From contig CAVXIO010000004.1 of assembly GCA_963761915.1 (NCBI GenBank), positions 2,267-66,266 of the forward strand: DNA of 64,000 nt, read 5' to 3'. Both the position numbers and the translations under genes were made by a program. Below the pieces are notes generated by a model. That model was not told where the DNA came from. It made no database searches and was given only the letters and a program-made list of their open reading frames with translations. Position 1 is the stretch's first letter; each line of letters opens with the position of its first letter. This document shows positions 22,457 to 31,374 of this stretch, piece after piece. Origin of the DNA: an uncultured Acidobacteriota bacterium (GTDB lineage: Bacteria > Acidobacteriota > Terriglobia > Terriglobales > Acidobacteriaceae).

Positions 22457-22629
22457 ATAAACGGGGACAAGTGCCCGCCTAGGCACAAGTATACCCTTGA
22501 TCCCATCCAGATGTCCGGGACAATTAGATAACTTATCACAGGGAGGAAATTTCGCGCAACCGGGCACGAGCCCCTCAGCAACTTCCACTTGCCGCGACAG
22601 TGCTATCATTTCTTCCCAGACCGCACTCC

Positions 22630-23688
22630 ATGCGAATCAGGCGCACCTTCCCTATTGCTCTGGCGGTCGTGGCCGTCGCCGCGGCGGTGACTCTTGCCGT
22701 CCAACTGCGAAAGCATGCTCCGCCTGAGCCCGCCCGCTTGCTGCCTGGAGCGGACGCATTTTTCTATCTCAACCTAAAGTCGGCGCGCAAGGCTAACTCC
22801 GGCAAAGAATTGCCTGCAGTCAGTCACGATGCCGAGTACGAGCGCTTCATCCGCGAAACTGGCTTTCAATTCGAGCGCGATCTCGAGGAAGCTGCATTCG
22901 CCGTCCACTATCCGGCGAAATGGCCCGGCGGAGGAACTGGCGGTTCCGCTCCGGAGCCCCGCTTCTCGGAAGTGCTGGTAGGAAAATTTCACAGCGAGCG
23001 CCTTACCGACTATCTGCGAAAGATCGCGCAATCGGTCGAGAACTACAACTCGGACCAAATTTTCACAATTCGGGTTGAGGGCAGGTCTCTGCGAGTCGCT
23101 TTGCTCAGCGCCGATTCCGTGGCCGCGTCAAATCACGACGATCCCGCCGTCATCGAGGGTATGGTTGATCGCTCGAAGCGCCTGGCATCTCCGTTCGGCG
23201 GCCCCGCACTATTGCGGCAATACTACAAGCACGTGCAGTTAGGCAGCCTGGCATGGATAGTGGCGAAGGTCGATCCTTCTGCGCCGGGGGCTGCCGAATC
23301 GACCACGCTTTTCGCCAAGCCCGCCATAGTCGTTATCTCAGGAAGCTATCTCAGCCCGCTTAGCCCGCTTCATCTCAGGCCGAATGCCGTTCATCTCCGC
23401 GCCGAAGCCTTCACCGATTCTCCCGACGATGCGCGCGCCATCGCCGACAAGGTTACCTTGTTTATCGCCCTCACCCGCTCGGCCGAAACTTCTGTGGGAA
23501 CCCACGGCAACGACGCCGACGTGAAAGCGCTCTTCGATAGCCTGAAAGTAAGGCAGGAGGGCGACCGCGCCGTGCTGACCGCCGCTATGCCTTTCGGGTT
23601 TCTGCGCAAGATGCTGTCGGAACCCGCGCCCGACTTGATCGAGCCCACCGCCGCGGCTCCCACTCAAGCTCCCAGAAAATCGCGGTAG
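22630..23688 (+). CDS. hypothetical exported/membrane-anchored protein
   Basis: MRIRRTFPIALAVVAVAAAVTLAVQL is an N-terminal hydrophobic anchor. No catalytic motif recognised. The ORF is open from 22600. Confidence 0.55.
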   Translation: MRIRRTFPIALAVVAVAAAVTLAVQLRKHAPPEPARLLPGADAFFYLNLKSARKANSGKELPAVSHDAEYERFIRETGFQFERDLEEAAFAVHYPAKWPGGGTGGSAPEPRFSEVLVGKFHSERLTDYLRKIAQSVENYNSDQIFTIRVEGRSLRVALLSADSVAASNHDDPAVIEGMVDRSKRLASPFGGPALLRQYYKHVQLGSLAWIVAKVDPSAPGAAESTTLFAKPAIVVISGSYLSPLSPLHLRPNAVHLRAEAFTDSPDDARAIADKVTLFIALTRSAETSVGTHGNDADVKALFDSLKVRQEGDRAVLTAAMPFGFLRKMLSEPAPDLIEPTAAAPTQAPRKSR

Positions 23689-23771
23689 GCGTCAGCGCCT
23701 TGCAACTAAACGCCGCCTGAATCGTCTGATTGATTACGGAGAAGAACTCCGGCAGGTACAATTAAAGACGC

Positions 23772-24494
23772 ATGTCGAGCTTTCCACTTCCGATTGCCGC
23801 GTTCTTCGCTGGCCTCATCTCGTTTCTTTCCCCGTGTGTACTCCCTCTCGTGCCAGGCTACGTTTCCCTTATCTCGGGCGCGGGCGTGGACGAACTAAAA
23901 TCCTCGCAAGGCCGCCTCATGCGGCGCGTAATGACCAACTCGGTGGGATTTATTCTTGGCTTCAGCGTGGTGTTCATCACTCTAGGCGCAATCTCTACCG
24001 AGATCGGTCAAATCGCCGCACAATACAAACACACGCTCGCGGTCGTGGCTGGAGTCGTCATAATCTTGTTCGGGCTGCACCTGACTGGCATTCTCAAGAT
24101 CAAGGCGCTCTATTCCGATACTCGCATGCATGAATTGAAGGGCGGCAGCACGCCCGTCGGCGCTTTCGTCATTGGCTTTGCGTTCGCTTTCGGCTGGACT
24201 CCCTGTATCGGCCCGATTCTCGCCGGCATCCTCACCCTCGCCGCGGCGCAGGACACGTTATCGAAAGGCATGCTGCTACTCGCAATTTATTCTCTTGGGC
24301 TCGCAGTGCCCTTCCTGTTAACGGCACTTGGAGTCGAGCGCTTCCTGAAGTTCTACAGCCGCTTCCGCTCGCACATGCACGCGCTCGAAGTGGCTTCCGG
24401 CGCATTGCTTATCGCGCTCGGGGTATTGTTGGTGATCGGCCGCTTTACGATAATTTCGAACTGGCTTTCGTTTTTGAATCGCTTTGCTCTGTGA
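23772..24494 (+). CDS. ccdA: cytochrome c biogenesis protein CcdA / DsbD-beta-like thiol:disulfide transporter
   Basis: FFAGLISFLSPCVLPLVPGYVSLISG and the second conserved Cys in GWTPCIGPIL. It has six hydrophobic segments. Confidence 0.85.
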   Translation: MSSFPLPIAAFFAGLISFLSPCVLPLVPGYVSLISGAGVDELKSSQGRLMRRVMTNSVGFILGFSVVFITLGAISTEIGQIAAQYKHTLAVVAGVVIILFGLHLTGILKIKALYSDTRMHELKGGSTPVGAFVIGFAFAFGWTPCIGPILAGILTLAAAQDTLSKGMLLLAIYSLGLAVPFLLTALGVERFLKFYSRFRSHMHALEVASGALLIALGVLLVIGRFTIISNWLSFLNRFAL

Positions 24495-24557
24495 TTTTTG
24501 CCAGCGAGTTTTGCTGGCGGCTCTGCCTCATAAGACGAGCTTTGCTTAGGATTGTTT

Positions 24558-25163
24558 ATGGAAACTTCAGCGAAACGTAGTCCCCTCACCCTCGTAGTTG
24601 TGGCGCTCGTGGTCGCGCTCATGCTGTACTTCGGCTTCCACATGGCGCGTCGCCAGGGCGGGCCTCTCGTGGCACATCTGACCGAGTCCAGCCCCGCTCC
24701 GGATTTTTCCTTAGTGTCGCTTGACGGCAAGACCACGCGCCTTTCCGACTTTCGCGGCAAGGCGGTGCTGCTCAACTTCTGGGCCACCTGGTGTGGCCCC
24801 TGCAAGATTGAGATGCCCTGGTTCGTTGACTTTCAAAAGCAATACGGATCGCAGGGATTGCAAATAGTCGGCATCGCCATGGATGACGCCAGCAAAGAAG
24901 ACATTGCCAAATTCGCCAAGGACATGGGTGTGAACTATCCCATTCTGCTTGGCAAAGAGTCGGTAGGCGATCAATATGGGGGCGTTCCCGCTTTGCCAGA
25001 AAGTTTCGTGATCGCTCGTGACGGCAAAATTCTCGACAAGATTATCGGGCTAAGGGGCAAAGGAGAAATCGACGACATAATCAAAACAGCGCTCAAGACC
25101 CAGCCCGCCAGCAGCCAGGCGTCCACTACAGAAAACACCCGGGCGGCGCAGCCTCAGAAGTGA
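24558..25163 (+). CDS. TlpA/ResA-family periplasmic thioredoxin-like oxidoreductase
   Basis: An N-terminal anchor followed by the thioredoxin fold with FWATWCGPCKIEMPWF. A TTG at 24552 is an alternative start. Confidence 0.85.
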   Translation: METSAKRSPLTLVVVALVVALMLYFGFHMARRQGGPLVAHLTESSPAPDFSLVSLDGKTTRLSDFRGKAVLLNFWATWCGPCKIEMPWFVDFQKQYGSQGLQIVGIAMDDASKEDIAKFAKDMGVNYPILLGKESVGDQYGGVPALPESFVIARDGKILDKIIGLRGKGEIDDIIKTALKTQPASSQASTTENTRAAQPQK

Positions 25164-25191
25164 CAATAGAAACAGACGCGTCGCCCAGACT

Positions 25192-25830
25192 ATGATTCAG
25201 GCAGTTTCGCGGAGAGCAAGTGCCCGCTCGGTTAAGCAACTGACTTTCGCCATGACGGTCGGACAAACCAAGCCGCATCATTTCGGCAGCACGAAGCGCC
25301 TGCGCGCTCCACTGACATTCATTCTTCTCGTATTCGCGACTCTCTGCTCAGCACAAACGCCGGGCAAAGCTCCCACCCTGACGATGGCCGCCGTTCCTCT
25401 CGTTACTGCGGAGCGCACCCAGCAAACCATGGTGGATTTAAATTTTCGTGTCCCTCACGGCTACCACGTCAATTCGAACACGCCCAAGTCGGAATTTCTT
25501 ATCCCAACCGCGCTGAAGATGGACCTGCCCACCGACATCATCTTAGGAAAAATTCAATACCCGGCCGGCGCCGATATGACCTTCCCGTTCTCCCCAGACG
25601 AAAAGTTGAATGTGTATAGTGGCGATTTCACAATCGCGGTTGGCGTCCATCCGCTGCACTCGGTCGTGCCTGGAAAGTATGTAATGCGCGGCGTGCTGCG
25701 CTACCAGGCTTGCGACAATGCCGCCTGCTATCCTCCGAAAACTTTGCCTGTAAGCTTTGATGTGAAAGTCGTGAAAGAACCGCCTGCGCACCACGCCAAC
25801 CCCGCGCAGAGCCCGCACGTGCACAACTAG
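25192..25830 (+). CDS. DsbD N-terminal (alpha) domain-like protein
   Basis: Signal-like LTFILLVFATLCSAQ. The motif LRYQACDNAACYPPKTLPV matches the Cys-x-x-x-Cys-Y/L-PP signature of the DsbD alpha domain. The start is uncertain (25192 or 25252). Confidence 0.65.
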   Translation: MIQAVSRRASARSVKQLTFAMTVGQTKPHHFGSTKRLRAPLTFILLVFATLCSAQTPGKAPTLTMAAVPLVTAERTQQTMVDLNFRVPHGYHVNSNTPKSEFLIPTALKMDLPTDIILGKIQYPAGADMTFPFSPDEKLNVYSGDFTIAVGVHPLHSVVPGKYVMRGVLRYQACDNAACYPPKTLPVSFDVKVVKEPPAHHANPAQSPHVHN

Positions 25831-25911
25831 TGGGTTCCGAAACGGAACGTCGCTCAAAATAAGGCTGTGCGCAGTCTTGTTTGCCACTCAACTGCGCCCT
25901 AACCTAAGCTT

Positions 25912-25984
25912 GGGCCCGTCGTGTAACTGGTAGCATATCTGCCTGTCAAGCTCGAAGGTGTGGGTTCGAATCCCGCCGGGTCCA
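25912..25984 (+). ncRNA. tRNA-like element (Asp-GTC-like) with a non-pairing anticodon stem and no encoded CCA
   Basis: Good acceptor stem (GGGCCCG/CGGGTCC), D-arm and T-arm (GTGGG-TTCGAAT-CCCGC). The anticodon arm TCTGC-CTGTCAA-GCTCG pairs at only 3 of 5 positions. The 3' end is followed by CAG, whereas the five other tRNAs here all encode CCA. Confidence 0.45.
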
Positions 25985-26110
25985 CAGAATTCCCTGGTTT
26001 GGTAGGGGAAATCTGACGAGGGGTCTCCGACAGGCGGACTCCTCAAGTACCTTGACTTCCACGCCTTGAGTTTCGATAATCGTATTGAGCTTGACAGGCT
26101 GATGTGCTTA

Positions 26111-26145
26111 CCCCGAGTTGAATCATCGCTCGGGGTTTTGCTTTC
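26111..26145 (+). terminator. intrinsic terminator (plus-strand polarity) abutting the glnS stop
   Basis: CCCCGAG-TTGAATCATCG-CTCGGGG followed by TTTTGCTTT. The T-tract exists only on the plus strand. Confidence 0.7.
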
Positions 26146-27882
26146 CTAGCCTTTCCCGCCCTGCTTCCTCTCCACCTTCGCCCAAGTATCCTTCAGCGCC
26201 ACCGTGCGGTTGAACACCAGCCTGCCAGGTTTCGAATCCGGATCGACGCAGAAGTATCCCAGCCGCTCAAACTGATACCGGGTTCCCGCAGCGGCGTTCG
26301 CAAGGGAAGGTTCAACCTCCGCATTCCCGATGACTTCGAGCGAGTTTGGATTCAGATTGTCCAACACATCCTTGCCCTCTTCCACCTTGCTGGGATCTTC
26401 TTTGGCAAACAGCGTCTCGTAGATCCGCACCTCGGCATCGATCGCATGCGCCGCTGACACCCAGTGAATGGTCGATTTCACTTTGCGGCCGTCGGGCGAG
26501 TTTCCGCCCCGCGACGCTGGGTCGTACGTGCAATGAACCTCAACCACTTCGCCCTTTTCGTTTCTTGCGACGCCCGTGCAGGTGACAAAGTAGCCGTAGC
26601 GTAGCCGCACCTCGCGGCCCGGCGAAAGCCGGAAATATCCTTTCGGCGGTGTTTCGCGAAAGTCATCCTGCTCGATGTAGAGCACGCGTGCGAACGGCAC
26701 TTTCCGCGTCCCGGTCCCAGCGTCTTCCGGATTGTTCACCGCCTCCATCTCTTCGACCTGATTCTCCGGATAGTTGTCGATCACAACTTTCAGAGGACGC
26801 AGCACTGCCATCACACGCGGGGCGCGCTTGTTCAGATCTTCGCGCACGAAGTGTTCGAGCATGGCCAGCTCGATCGATCCCGTAGTCTTCGACACGCCTA
26901 TCGACGCCACAAAATTACGGATCGCCTCGGGCGTGTATCCTCTTCGCCGAAGGCCACCGAGCGTGGGCATCCGCGGATCGTCCCAGCCGCTCACCCGGCC
27001 TTCCTGCACCAACTGCAAGAGCTTGCGCTTGCTCAGCAACGTGTAGGTGAGGTTAAGCCGGTCAAACTCGATCTGCCGCGACGGAAAGATGCCCAACTGC
27101 TCAATGAACCAGTTGTAGAGCGGACGATGGTCCTCAAACTCGAGCGTGCAGAGGGAGTGAGTGACGCGCTCGATCGAATCCGACTGGCCGTGCGCGTAAT
27201 CGTACATCGGATAAATACACCACTTGTTGCCGGTACGGTGATGCTCGGCGTGCAGAATGCGGTACATCACCGGATCCCGCAGGTTCAGGTTAGGCGATGC
27301 CATGTCGATTTTCGCCCGCAGGGTGCGCGACCCGTCGGGAAATTCCCCGGCGCGCATGCGCTCAAATAGATTCAGATTCTCTTCGACCGAGCGGCCGCGA
27401 TAAGGGCTGTCTCTGCCGGGTTCGGTCAGCGTGCCGCGATACTTGCGGATTTCCTCGGCTGACAGATCGTCAACGTAGGCCTTCCCATCTTTAATCAGCT
27501 TTATCGCCCATTCATAGAGCTGATCGAAATAGTCAGAAGCGTAAAAAAGACCGTCCCACTGGTAGCCGAGCCAGTTGACGTCGGCCTTGATCGACTCAAC
27601 GTACTCGGTCTCTTCTTTGGCGGGATTAGTGTCATCGAAGCGAAGGTTCGTATGTCCGCCAAATTCGTCAGCCAGGCCAAAGTCAATGCAGATCGCCTTG
27701 GCATGTCCAATATGTAGATACCCGTTCGGCTCGGGAGGGAAGCGAGTCTGCACGCGGCCGTTATGCTTGTTAGTCTTGAGGTCTTCGAGAATGATGTCGC
27801 GAATAAAATTCGAGGGGGCAGTCGCAGGCGTGGCAGCCACAACTTTTTCTCCGGCTTCCTTAGGCGGATGAGTTGGATTCAT
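26146..27882 (-). CDS. glnS: glutamine--tRNA ligase
   Basis: [18 protein letters not shown] (HIGH motif), the LSKRKL region (KMSKS-type) and class I GlnRS architecture. 578 aa. Confidence 0.93.
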   Translation of the reverse strand: MNPTHPPKEAGEKVVAATPATAPSNFIRDIILEDLKTNKHNGRVQTRFPPEPNGYLHIGHAKAICIDFGLADEFGGHTNLRFDDTNPAKEETEYVESIKADVNWLGYQWDGLFYASDYFDQLYEWAIKLIKDGKAYVDDLSAEEIRKYRGTLTEPGRDSPYRGRSVEENLNLFERMRAGEFPDGSRTLRAKIDMASPNLNLRDPVMYRILHAEHHRTGNKWCIYPMYDYAHGQSDSIERVTHSLCTLEFEDHRPLYNWFIEQLGIFPSRQIEFDRLNLTYTLLSKRKLLQLVQEGRVSGWDDPRMPTLGGLRRRGYTPEAIRNFVASIGVSKTTGSIELAMLEHFVREDLNKRAPRVMAVLRPLKVVIDNYPENQVEEMEAVNNPEDAGTGTRKVPFARVLYIEQDDFRETPPKGYFRLSPGREVRLRYGYFVTCTGVARNEKGEVVEVHCTYDPASRGGNSPDGRKVKSTIHWVSAAHAIDAEVRIYETLFAKEDPSKVEEGKDVLDNLNPNSLEVIGNAEVEPSLANAAAGTRYQFERLGYFCVDPDSKPGRLVFNRTVALKDTWAKVERKQGGKG

Positions 27883-27950
27883 TTCCCTTTGATCTTATCG
27901 CAAGCAAAGGTCTCCGCGGAGAGTCAGCCAGACCTGCAGATAGCCTACGT

Positions 27951-29492
27951 TCACACTCCCGCCGAAACCACCTGCCCCGGAGCGGCAATAATCGTGGCTT
28001 GCTCTGCGAGCTGTCTACGGTAACGCACATGCCTCCAGCGCGTCAGCTCCACCAGCGGCTTCCACACTGGATTCACCAGGTCGTGCTTGATCAGCAAATG
28101 CCAAATGCGGTTGGAGCGCTTGTAGAGATAGGACATGGCAAGATAAAGCGGCACAGCTTGCCAGTCCTCGGGCCGGCGGCGCCAAATGGATGCGTGCGAA
28201 AACAGCCGCTGGTAGATCCAGGCATAGCCGTGCTCCAATTCTTCCGCCGTCATGTGCTGGGGCCGGAAAACGGCATGGCTGGTGTCGTAGAGGGTCCAGT
28301 CGCGGTGCAAGAGTCGACCTTGCTCTTCCATCTGCCGAAACAATGGCGTTGCGGGATACGGCGTAAGAATGTGGAATGTGGCACACTCCAGCCGGTTTTC
28401 TTCGACCCATTCGGCGGTGCGCGCGAATACGTCTTTGCGGTCATGATCAAAGCCAAGCACGAACGATCCGTTCACCTGAATGCCGTGATCGTGCAGAATG
28501 CGTACGCGCCGCGCGTAGTCGGAAGTCTTGGGCGTTTTTTTATGTGCATCGGCGAGGTTGTCGTCCGAAAGCGATTCGAATCCGACGAAGACGCCCGTGC
28601 AGCCGGCCAACGCCATATTACGAATCAAACTGGGATCGTCGGTCACGTCGATCGTAACCGCGGCGCTCCAGATCTTGTTGATTGGCCGCAACGCGGCGCA
28701 CAGCGCGTGCAAGTAGTCGCGGCGCGATCCCAGATTGTTGTCGATGAAAACCGCATAAGGTTGCCTGTCAGCTTGGAACTCGTCAACCACCTGCTGCGGA
28801 TGCCGCATACGATACGGCATGCGCAAACCATCGGTCGCAAGATAGCAAAAGCCGCATCGGTTATGACAACCGCGGGTAGCAATCAGGCTGGTGGTCGTCA
28901 GAAAACTACGGCGCGGGAGAACGGAACGCATTGGCGGCGGATCGTCGCCGTAATCGTTCTCGTACGTCGCGACATAGCGGGACTGCAGCCGGCCCGCTTC
29001 TACATCTCTCAGGATGCGCGGCCACAACCGAACGCCGTCGCCGAGCGCAAGCGCATCCCCGTGCGGCGAACATTCGTCGGGACAAGATAGAACATGCAGT
29101 CCGCCGAGGATCACCTTAGAGCCTCGAGCACGATACCAATCCGCGAGTTCATAGGCTCGGCGCGCGAACGTCAGATGCACCGTGATACCAACAACCTGCG
29201 GCATCGGGCGGAACGGCGGCCGCCCAGCGAGCAGATTTTCGTCCCAATATTCAACACGCCAGTGCGCGGGGGTGGTGGCGGCGAAGCTGGTCAGGGCCAG
29301 GCTAGGAGTCAGCACATGTTTGCCAAAGCTGGCATTCGCGTCCTTGCGATAGAACGGATTGATGAGAAGAGCCTGAAGCGCTTGAATCTCTTGGGCAGGC
29401 GCCTGTGCGTCAAGCAGCGGCGCAGTCTTCATTTCCTGAGGGATCCAGCGCTTCTTGAGCGAAGAGGCAAAGGGCTCGTCCGAAACGATCAT
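27951..29492 (-). CDS. B12-binding-domain radical SAM protein (class B)
   Basis: N-terminal cobalamin-binding-like Rossmann segment (VVGITVHLTFARRAYELADWYRARGSKVILGG) and a radical SAM cluster motif RGCHNRCGFCY (CxxxCxxC). Confidence 0.8.
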   Translation of the reverse strand: MIVSDEPFASSLKKRWIPQEMKTAPLLDAQAPAQEIQALQALLINPFYRKDANASFGKHVLTPSLALTSFAATTPAHWRVEYWDENLLAGRPPFRPMPQVVGITVHLTFARRAYELADWYRARGSKVILGGLHVLSCPDECSPHGDALALGDGVRLWPRILRDVEAGRLQSRYVATYENDYGDDPPPMRSVLPRRSFLTTTSLIATRGCHNRCGFCYLATDGLRMPYRMRHPQQVVDEFQADRQPYAVFIDNNLGSRRDYLHALCAALRPINKIWSAAVTIDVTDDPSLIRNMALAGCTGVFVGFESLSDDNLADAHKKTPKTSDYARRVRILHDHGIQVNGSFVLGFDHDRKDVFARTAEWVEENRLECATFHILTPYPATPLFRQMEEQGRLLHRDWTLYDTSHAVFRPQHMTAEELEHGYAWIYQRLFSHASIWRRRPEDWQAVPLYLAMSYLYKRSNRIWHLLIKHDLVNPVWKPLVELTRWRHVRYRRQLAEQATIIAAPGQVVSAGV

Positions 29493-29615
29493 GGCCAGTA
29501 CTTTACACTGAAAAGTACTTCGTGTAAATCGGGGGCGTCACGACGTCAGGTCGACCTGGAAACGGTTCGGGAGTTGCTTGGTACGCTGCTGGAGCCTAAA
29601 AGCCTAGCCGAGCCG

Positions 29616-31157
29616 CTATGCGATCTTTTGCAGCGCTTGCTCGATCCGCTTGAGCGTGGTTTCCCGGCCCAACACTTCCAGCGTCTCAAACAACGGCGGC
29701 GCATTCTTGCGCCCGCACACGGCTACGCGAATCGGCTGGAACATCTGTCCCGCCTTCACTCCCAGCTCTTTCGCCGCCGCGCGCAAAGCCTGATCCAACG
29801 GATCATGTTTAAATTCGGTACCGGCGAGCACCTCCCGTGCTCGCGTAAGTACCTTCAGCGCCATAACCGCATCGCCCTTCTGCGGAATGAGTTCAGCCGC
29901 GTCGTAGGGTGGCAGCTCCTCCACGAAAAAGAAGTCGGCAGCAGTGAGGACATCGCGCAGCAGCTTGATGCGCTCGCGGATCAGGGGAGTGATCCGCAAA
30001 ATTTTTCCCTCTGTCACGTCGAATCCAGCGGCCCGCACGATTTCAAGCAGACGGGCGCTCAACTCCTCCTGCGGTAGCGCCCGAATGTGCTCCGCATTCA
30101 ACCAAACCGCTTTCGGGTCGAACGTTTCCTCTGGCACCGCAACACCAAGGTCCGCCGCTGCGCTCGGAATGACAATTTGAGAGGTAGCATTTCCGCCTGC
30201 AGTAGCCGTTTCTTTGAAGTTCACCACCGCATTGGAGCGATTAATGCCTTCGAGCGAAAACAACTCGATGAGTTCCCGCAGAGACATATTCTCGCGATCG
30301 TTCTTAGGCGACCAACCCAGCAGGCACAAGAAATTGATGAACGCTTCGGAAAGAAATCCCGCATCGCGGTAAGTCGTAACGCTGACGACCGAACCGTGCC
30401 GCCGCTTGGAAAGTTTGCTTCCGTCCGGCGCAACCAGCAGCGGCAGATGGGCGAACTGTGGCGGCGTGAAGCCGGCCGCTTCGAAAATGAGCACATGCTT
30501 GAAAGTGTTCGAGAGATGGTCCTGCCCGCGAATGATGTGCGAGATTCGCAAGTCGGCATCGTCGGCACAGGATGCCAGGTGGTAAGTCGGCATGCCATCG
30601 GAGCGAAGCAGGGCAAAGTCTTCGATGTCGGCCGCAGCCTTACTCTGCTCGCCGTACACCGCGTCGGCAAATTGCACATGTTGTTTACCGTCACGCGGCA
30701 CGCGAAAGCGCAAAGCAAAGGGTTCACCTGCAGCCGCGCGGCGGTCACTCTCTGCGCGCGACAGTTCAGGGGCGCCCGGATTGAAAAGCCAGGTTCCCTG
30801 CGCACCGGATCTTTCTGCGTCGCCGCTGTGCGCCGGCGTGAAGTCGCGATAGGCGAGACCTTTCTCGAAGATGGCCCACGCCGTTCGACGATGCAGCTCA
30901 AGACGCTCCGATTGCTTGTATTCTTCGTCCCAATCTAAATTTAGCCATTTCAATCCATCGAAAATGGAATCAACCGAGGCCTGCGTGTTGCGTTCGACGT
31001 CAGTGTCGTCGAGGCGAAGAATCATTGTGCCCCCGTTGTGGCGGGCATAGAGCCAGTTGAAGATAAAGGTGCGGGCGCTGCCCACGTGTAGAAAGCCCGT
31101 CGGCGAAGGCGCAAAGCGGACACGCGGCGATGACTCGGATGCAAAGGGTTCAGGCAT
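29616..31157 (-). CDS. gltX: glutamate--tRNA ligase
   Basis: [23 protein letters not shown] (HIGH-type motif) and KLSKRRHG (KMSKS-type). The ORF is open to 31211; I prefer the ATG at 31157. Confidence 0.92.
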   Translation of the reverse strand: MPEPFASESSPRVRFAPSPTGFLHVGSARTFIFNWLYARHNGGTMILRLDDTDVERNTQASVDSIFDGLKWLNLDWDEEYKQSERLELHRRTAWAIFEKGLAYRDFTPAHSGDAERSGAQGTWLFNPGAPELSRAESDRRAAAGEPFALRFRVPRDGKQHVQFADAVYGEQSKAAADIEDFALLRSDGMPTYHLASCADDADLRISHIIRGQDHLSNTFKHVLIFEAAGFTPPQFAHLPLLVAPDGSKLSKRRHGSVVSVTTYRDAGFLSEAFINFLCLLGWSPKNDRENMSLRELIELFSLEGINRSNAVVNFKETATAGGNATSQIVIPSAAADLGVAVPEETFDPKAVWLNAEHIRALPQEELSARLLEIVRAAGFDVTEGKILRITPLIRERIKLLRDVLTAADFFFVEELPPYDAAELIPQKGDAVMALKVLTRAREVLAGTEFKHDPLDQALRAAAKELGVKAGQMFQPIRVAVCGRKNAPPLFETLEVLGRETTLKRIEQALQKIA

Positions 31158-31374
31158 AAGTTGCGAAACTCGATGGTATGGGCCAGAGAAAAGTATCGTC
31201 AAGCACGCCAAAACTCAACCATTTCAGCATTTTGCGCTCGATTCTACGTGTTCTGCGATCAGGACAGTGTACTTAAATTCTGTTGTGAACCGGCCGCGCC
31301 TGTGAAAACATTAGTAAGTTAGTGTGTCGTAAGTACTAACGCAGTTTTACGCGACAAAAGGTCAGCCGAGGCGC

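Noticed and set aside
21979-22609. ORF-track extensions 21799..22179 and 22373..22609
   Set aside because: They run through tRNA-Tyr and tRNA-Thr(TGT). Only the distal 59 codons of the first were kept, as a low-confidence CDS.
27873-30938. Plus-strand ORFs (405, 327 and 283 aa) opposite the radical SAM gene and gltX
   Set aside because: Antisense shadows with no recognisable domains.
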